Origin: Macrostomum lignano
Lineage: Eukaryota
NCBI GenBank assembly: GCA_002269645.1
Contig: NIVC01000095.1
Location: 558,001-622,000 of the forward strand
Length of the DNA stretch: 64,000 nt
Direction: 5' to 3'
Positions 59,287 to 64,000 of this stretch are shown here, piece after piece (position 1 is the first letter of the stretch; every line of letters starts with the position of its first letter). Both the position numbers and the translations under genes were made by a program. The notes below the pieces were generated by a model that was given only the letters and a program-made list of their open reading frames with translations, ran no database searches and was not told the origin of the DNA.

Positions 59287-61975
59287 AGTGTGTTCTACCC
59301 CTGTCCATCAGTGTGTTCTACCCCTGTCCATCAGTGTGTTCTACCCCTGTCCATCAGTGTGTTCTACCCCTGTCCATCAGTGTGTTCTACCCCTGTCTAT
59401 CAGTGTGTTCTACCCCTGTCCATTAGTGTGTTCTACCCCTGTCCATCAGTGTGTTCTACCCCTGTCCATCAGTGTGTTCTACCCCTGTCCATCAGTGTGT
59501 TCTACCCCTGTCCATCAGTGTGTTCTACCCCTGTCCATCAGTGTGTTCTACCCCTGTCCATCAGTGTGTTCTACCCCTGTCCATCAGTGTGTTCTACCCC
59601 TGTCCATCAGTGTGTTCTACCCCTGTCCATCAGTGTGTTCTACCCCTGTCCATCAGTGTGTTCTACCCCTGTCCATCAGTGTGTTCTACCCCTGTCTATC
59701 AGTGTGTTCTACCCCTGTCCATCAGTGTGTTCTACCCCTGTCCATCAGTGTGTTCTACCCCTGTCCATCAGTGTGTTCTACCCCTGTCCATCAGTGTGTT
59801 CTACCCCTGTCCATCAGTGTGTTCTACCCCTGTCTATCAGTGTGTTCTACCCCTGTCCATCAGTGTGTTCTACCCCTGTCCATCAGTGTGTTCTACCCCT
59901 GTCCATCAGTGTGTTCTACCCCTGTCCATCAGTGTGTTCTACCCCTGTCCATTAGTGTGTTCTACCCCTGTCCATCAGTGTGTTCTACCCCTGTCCATCA
60001 GTGTGTTCTACCCCTGTCCATCAGTGTGTTCTACCCCTGTCCATCAGTGTGTTCTACCCCTGTCCATCAGTGTGTTCTACCCCTGTCCATCAGTGTGTTC
60101 TACCCCTGTCCATCAGTGTGTTCTACCCCTGTCCATCAGTGTGTTCTACCCCTGTCCATCAGTGTGTTCTACCCCTGTCCATCAGTGTGTTCTACCCCTG
60201 TCTATCAGTGTGTTCTACCCCTGTCCATCAGTGTGTTCTACCCGTGTCCATCAGTGTGTTCTACCCTTGTCTATCAGTGTGTTCTACCCCTGTCCATCAG
60301 TGTGTTCTACCCCTGTCCATCAGTGTGTTCTACCCCTGTCCATCAGTGTGTTCTACCCCTGTCCATCAGTGTGTTCTACCCCTGTCCATCAGTGTGTTCT
60401 ACCCCTGTCCATCAGTGTGTTCTACCCCTGTCCATCAGTGTGTTCTACCCCTGTCCATCAGTGTGTTCTACCCCTGTCTATCAGTGTGTTCTACCCCTGT
60501 CCATCAGTGTGTTCTACCCCTGTCCATCAGTGTGTTCTACCCCTGTCCATCAGTGTGTTCTACCCCTGTCCATCAGTGTGTTCTACCCCTGTCCATCAGT
60601 GTGTTCTACCCCTGTCTATCAGTGTGTTCTACCCCTGTCCATTGGTGTGTTCTACCCCTGTCCATCAGTGTGTTCTACCCCTGTCCATCAGTGTGTTCTA
60701 CCCCTGTCCATCAGTGTGTTCTACCCCTGTCCATCAGTGTGTTCTACCCCTGTCCATCAGTGTGTTCTACCCCTGTCCATCAGTGTGTTCTACCCCTGTC
60801 CATCAGTGTGTTCTACCCCTGTCCATCAGTGTGTTCTACCCCTGTCCATCAGTGTGTTCTACCCCTGTCCATCAGTGTGTTCTACCCCTGTCCATCAGTG
60901 TGTTCTACCCCTGTCTATCAGTGTGTTCTACCCCTGTCCATTAGTGTGTTCTACCCCTGTCCATCAGTGTGTTCTACCCCTGTCCATCAGTGTGTTCTAC
61001 CCCTGTCCATCAGTGTGTTCTACCCCTGTCCATCAGTGTGTTCTACCCCTGTCCATCAGTGTGTTCTACCCCTGTCCATCAGTGTGTTCTACCCCTGTCC
61101 ATCAGTGTGTTCTACCCTACCCCTGTCCATCAGTGTGTTCTACCCCTACCCCTGTCCATCAGTGTGTTCTACCCCTGTCCATTAGTGTGTTCTACCCCTG
61201 TCCATCAGTGTGTTCTACCCCTGTCCATCAGTGTGTTCTACCCTGTCCATCAGTGTGTTCTACCCCTGTCCATCAGTGTGTTCTACCCCTGTCCATCAGT
61301 GTGTTCTACCCCTGTCCATCAGTGTGTTCTACCACTGCCCATCAGTGTGTTCTACCCCTGTCCATCAGTGTGTTCTACCCCTGTCCATCAGTGTGTTCTA
61401 CCCCTGTCCATCAGTGTGTTCTACCCCTGTCCATCAGTGTGTTCTACCCTACCCCTGTCCATCAGTGTGTTCTACCCCTGTCCATCAGTGTGTTCTACCC
61501 CTGTCCATCAGTGTGTTCTACCCCTGTCCATCAGTGTGTTCTACCCCTGTCCATCAGTGTGTTCTACCCCTGTCCATCAGTGTGTTCTACCCCTGTCCAT
61601 CAGTGTGTTCTACCCCTGTCCATCAGTGTGTTCTACCCCTGTCCATCAGTGTGTTCTACCCCTGTCCATCAGTGTGTTCTACCCCTGTCCATCAGTGTGT
61701 TCTACCCCTGTCCATCAGTGTGTTCTACCCCTGTCCATCAGTGTGTTCTACCCCTGTCCATCAGTGTGTTCTACCCCTGTCCATCAGTGTGTTCTACCCT
61801 ACCCCTGTCCATCAGTGTGTTCTACCCCTGTCCATCAGTGTGTTCTACCCTACCCCTGTCCATCAGTGTGTTCTACCCCTGTCCATCAGTGTGTTCTACC
61901 CCTGTCCATCAGTGTGTTCTACCCCTGTCCATCAGTGTGTTCTACCCCTGCCCATCAGTGTGTTCTACCCCTGTT
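59287..61975. repeat. 23-bp satellite TACCCCTGTCCATCAGTGTGTTC, ~117 copies
   Basis: Highly homogeneous. The unit has no stop codon in any + frame, which explains the 200-900 aa track ORFs. Confidence 0.98.
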
Positions 61976-62419
61976 TTCAAGAAGTTTTAGTTCGGTAGTT
62001 TTCCTAAACTTGAACCAAAACACGATTGAATTTTGTTTTAAAGATTTGCGCATTATAACAATTTCTTATAATATTCTAATGCACGCGAAATAAATATGTA
62101 ATGCCTAGATTTTTTAATGCGCAGCATTTTAATAAATTTCCTTGTTAATTAAGTTTATGAATTTATGCATTACGTGAATTGACCCAGTTCTAAGACAACA
62201 CTAAATGTACCGAGGAAAGGAATTCGTTTTTGAAATTGCGCATTTCATTGTGACGCATGCCAACGTTGGAGTACTTTGAGATTCTGGTTATTGCTTTCCA
62301 CCACAGGTTTGTGGGTTCTGTTTATATTTTGATAGACTGCTAAGCGCATATTAATCTACTTATAGTCAGTAGTGTAATTGTATATTTTGTTTAAATATTT
62401 CTCTGAATCCAAATCTTAT

Positions 62420-62980
62420 CAGTTTATAAACTCAACAATCTTATCAGTTGATAGCTGCTCTCTGAGCTCTAAACTCAACAATCTCATCAGTTGATAGCTG
62501 CCCTCTGAGCTCTAAACTCAACAATCTTATCAGTTGATAGCTGCCCTCTGAGCTCTAAACTCAACAATCTTATCAGTTGATAGCTGCTCTCTGAGCTCTA
62601 AACTCAACAATCTTATCAGTTGATAGCTGCTCTCTGAGCTCTAAACTCAACAATCTTATCAGTTGATAGCTGCCCTCTGAGCTCTAAACTCAACAATCTT
62701 ATCAGTTGATAGCTGCCCTCTGAGCTCTAAACTCAACAATCTTATCAGTTGATAGCTGCCCTCTGAGCTCTAAACTCAACAATCTTATCAGTTGATAGCT
62801 GCTCTCTGAGCTCTAAACTCAACAATCTTATCAGTTGATAGCTGCCCTCTGAGCTCTAAACTCAACAATCTTATCAGTTGATAGCTGCTCTCTGAGCTCT
62901 AAACTCAACAATCTTATCAGTTAATAGCTGCTCTCTGAGCTCTAAACTCAACAATCTTATCAGTTGATAGCTGCTCTGAA
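62420..62980. repeat. 43-bp minisatellite CTCTGAGCTCTAAACTCAACAATCTTATCAGTTGATAGCTGCY
   Basis: About 13 units. Confidence 0.96.
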
Positions 62981-63136
62981 CTTAAATAAGTGCCTGCTAA
63001 TTTGCCACTGTTTTTTGTTTCCTGTTAATTTTTATACGAATGCGCTAGTTTAGCTACTGATTTGTATCCAAACAAGTAAAAATATACGCAAATTTTGTTT
63101 CCTACAGATAGAAAAAAAAATTTCTTTCATTTGTAG

Positions 63137-63346
63137 GGCCGCAACGGTCTTGGAAATATTTTTGTCTGGGCATCCGGCAATGGGGGTCACAAATCCGACA
63201 GTTGCGCCTGCGACGGCTACACTAATAGCGTCTATACGCTTAGCGTTAGTAGTATAACGCAGCGCAATTCTAAGCCCTGGTATCTGGAGGAGTGCGCCAG
63301 CACCCTAGCCGCCACTTATAGTAGCGGTGGGCACAATGATAAACAG
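63137..63346 (+). CDS. Convertase exon 4 (oxyanion Asn)
   Basis: GRNGLGNIFVWASGNGG...DGYTNS...KPWYLEECASTLA.TYSSG. PWYLEEC is the PC5/PACE4-type variant, and Asn argues against PC2. Phase 0/0. Confidence 0.95.
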
Positions 63347-63399
63347 GTGATTATTGTTGTCTTGGTGAATTTGCACTATCGGTTAATTGTTCCACCATT

Positions 63400-63725
63400 T
63401 AACCAGATAAGCAATTGATTCTACCCTTAATCTAACTGGCTATATTAGTTAATCCATTCTATTCTCAATGTAATTGACTAGATTAGCAATCAATTCTATG
63501 TCTCACTATAATTGATTAGATTAGCAATCCATTCTATTTACAATGTAATTGACTAGATTAGCAATCAATTCTATGTCTCATCTAATTGACTAGATTAGAA
63601 ATCCATTCCATTCTCAATGTTATTGACTAGATTAGCTGGATGCTAGAATGCTAGATGCTAAATGCTAGATGCTAAATGCTAGAATCGATTCTATTCCGAA
63701 TGTTATTGACTAGATTAGCAATCCA
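63400..63725. repeat. ~40-bp diverged minisatellite (GACTAGATTAGCAATC...)
   Basis: About 7 units, in convertase intron 4. Confidence 0.85.
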
Positions 63726-63765
63726 TTATATTCTAAATGTTTACTCCCTTCGCAACCTAATCAAG

Positions 63766-64000
63766 GTGGTAACCACGGATCTCCGGGGTCAGTGCACGAG
63801 CACTCACACGGGCACATCTGCTTCGGCTCCCATAGCAGCAGCAATTGTAGCATTGGTACTGCAGGCTAACAGTAATTTAACCTGGCGCGATGTACAACAC
63901 ATCACAGTGGTCGGAGCCAATTCTGGCGATTTTCTATTCGACGCGGAATGGTTGCGCAATCAAGCTGGATTGCGTCATTCTAGACGCTATGGATTCGGTT
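63766..64000 (+). CDS. Convertase exon 5 (catalytic Ser), continues past window edge
   Basis: VVTTDLRGQC..HTGTSASAPIAA...LTWRDVQH...YGFG. The acceptor is AAG (aatcaag|GTG). Confidence 0.93.
   Translation, partial: MVTTDLRGQCTSTHTGTSASAPIAAAIVALVLQANSNLTWRDVQHITVVGANSGDFLFDAEWLRNQAGLRHSRRYGFG

Noticed and set aside
59248-62093. Cys/Pro-rich ORFs of up to 900 aa (VFYPCPSVCSTPVHQCVLPLSIS repeats)
   Set aside because: They are translations of a 23-bp satellite with no stop in any + frame. Frames shift freely and the array lies inside the convertase intron.

Overview
Intron-rich animal genomic DNA, about half of it repeats. The style (GC-rich exons, a different minisatellite in almost every intron, many decayed TEs) suggests a flatworm such as Macrostomum; this is inference, not shown by the sequence. 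Eight host genes were rebuilt by hand from splice signals: snrnp27 (-, runs off the left edge), a secreted PAN-like + fibrinogen-domain protein (+), a FADS6-like desaturase (-), a small HEAT-like protein with a CPC motif (+), an NPC2/ML-domain protein (+), a multi-exon F-type lectin (5 x FTP + WSC, -), an orphan rhodopsin-type GPCR (+), and a PC5/PACE4/furin-type convertase (+, runs off the right edge). Mobile DNA includes a 3.06-kb two-gene PIF/Harbinger element and a very young BEL/Pao LTR element (LTRs appear identical, GCATC TSD) inside a lectin exon, whose RT core is deleted in frame. There is also a decayed Gmr1-type gypsy element (integrase before RT) with a nested RTE piece, other LINE fragments, tRNA-derived SINEs, and several MITEs including a 49-bp one. 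Most long ORFs in the track at 12.5-13.3, 56-57 and 59-62 kb are satellite artefacts. Two real frames (snrnp27 and a PAEDTT-repeat frame) are missing from the track.
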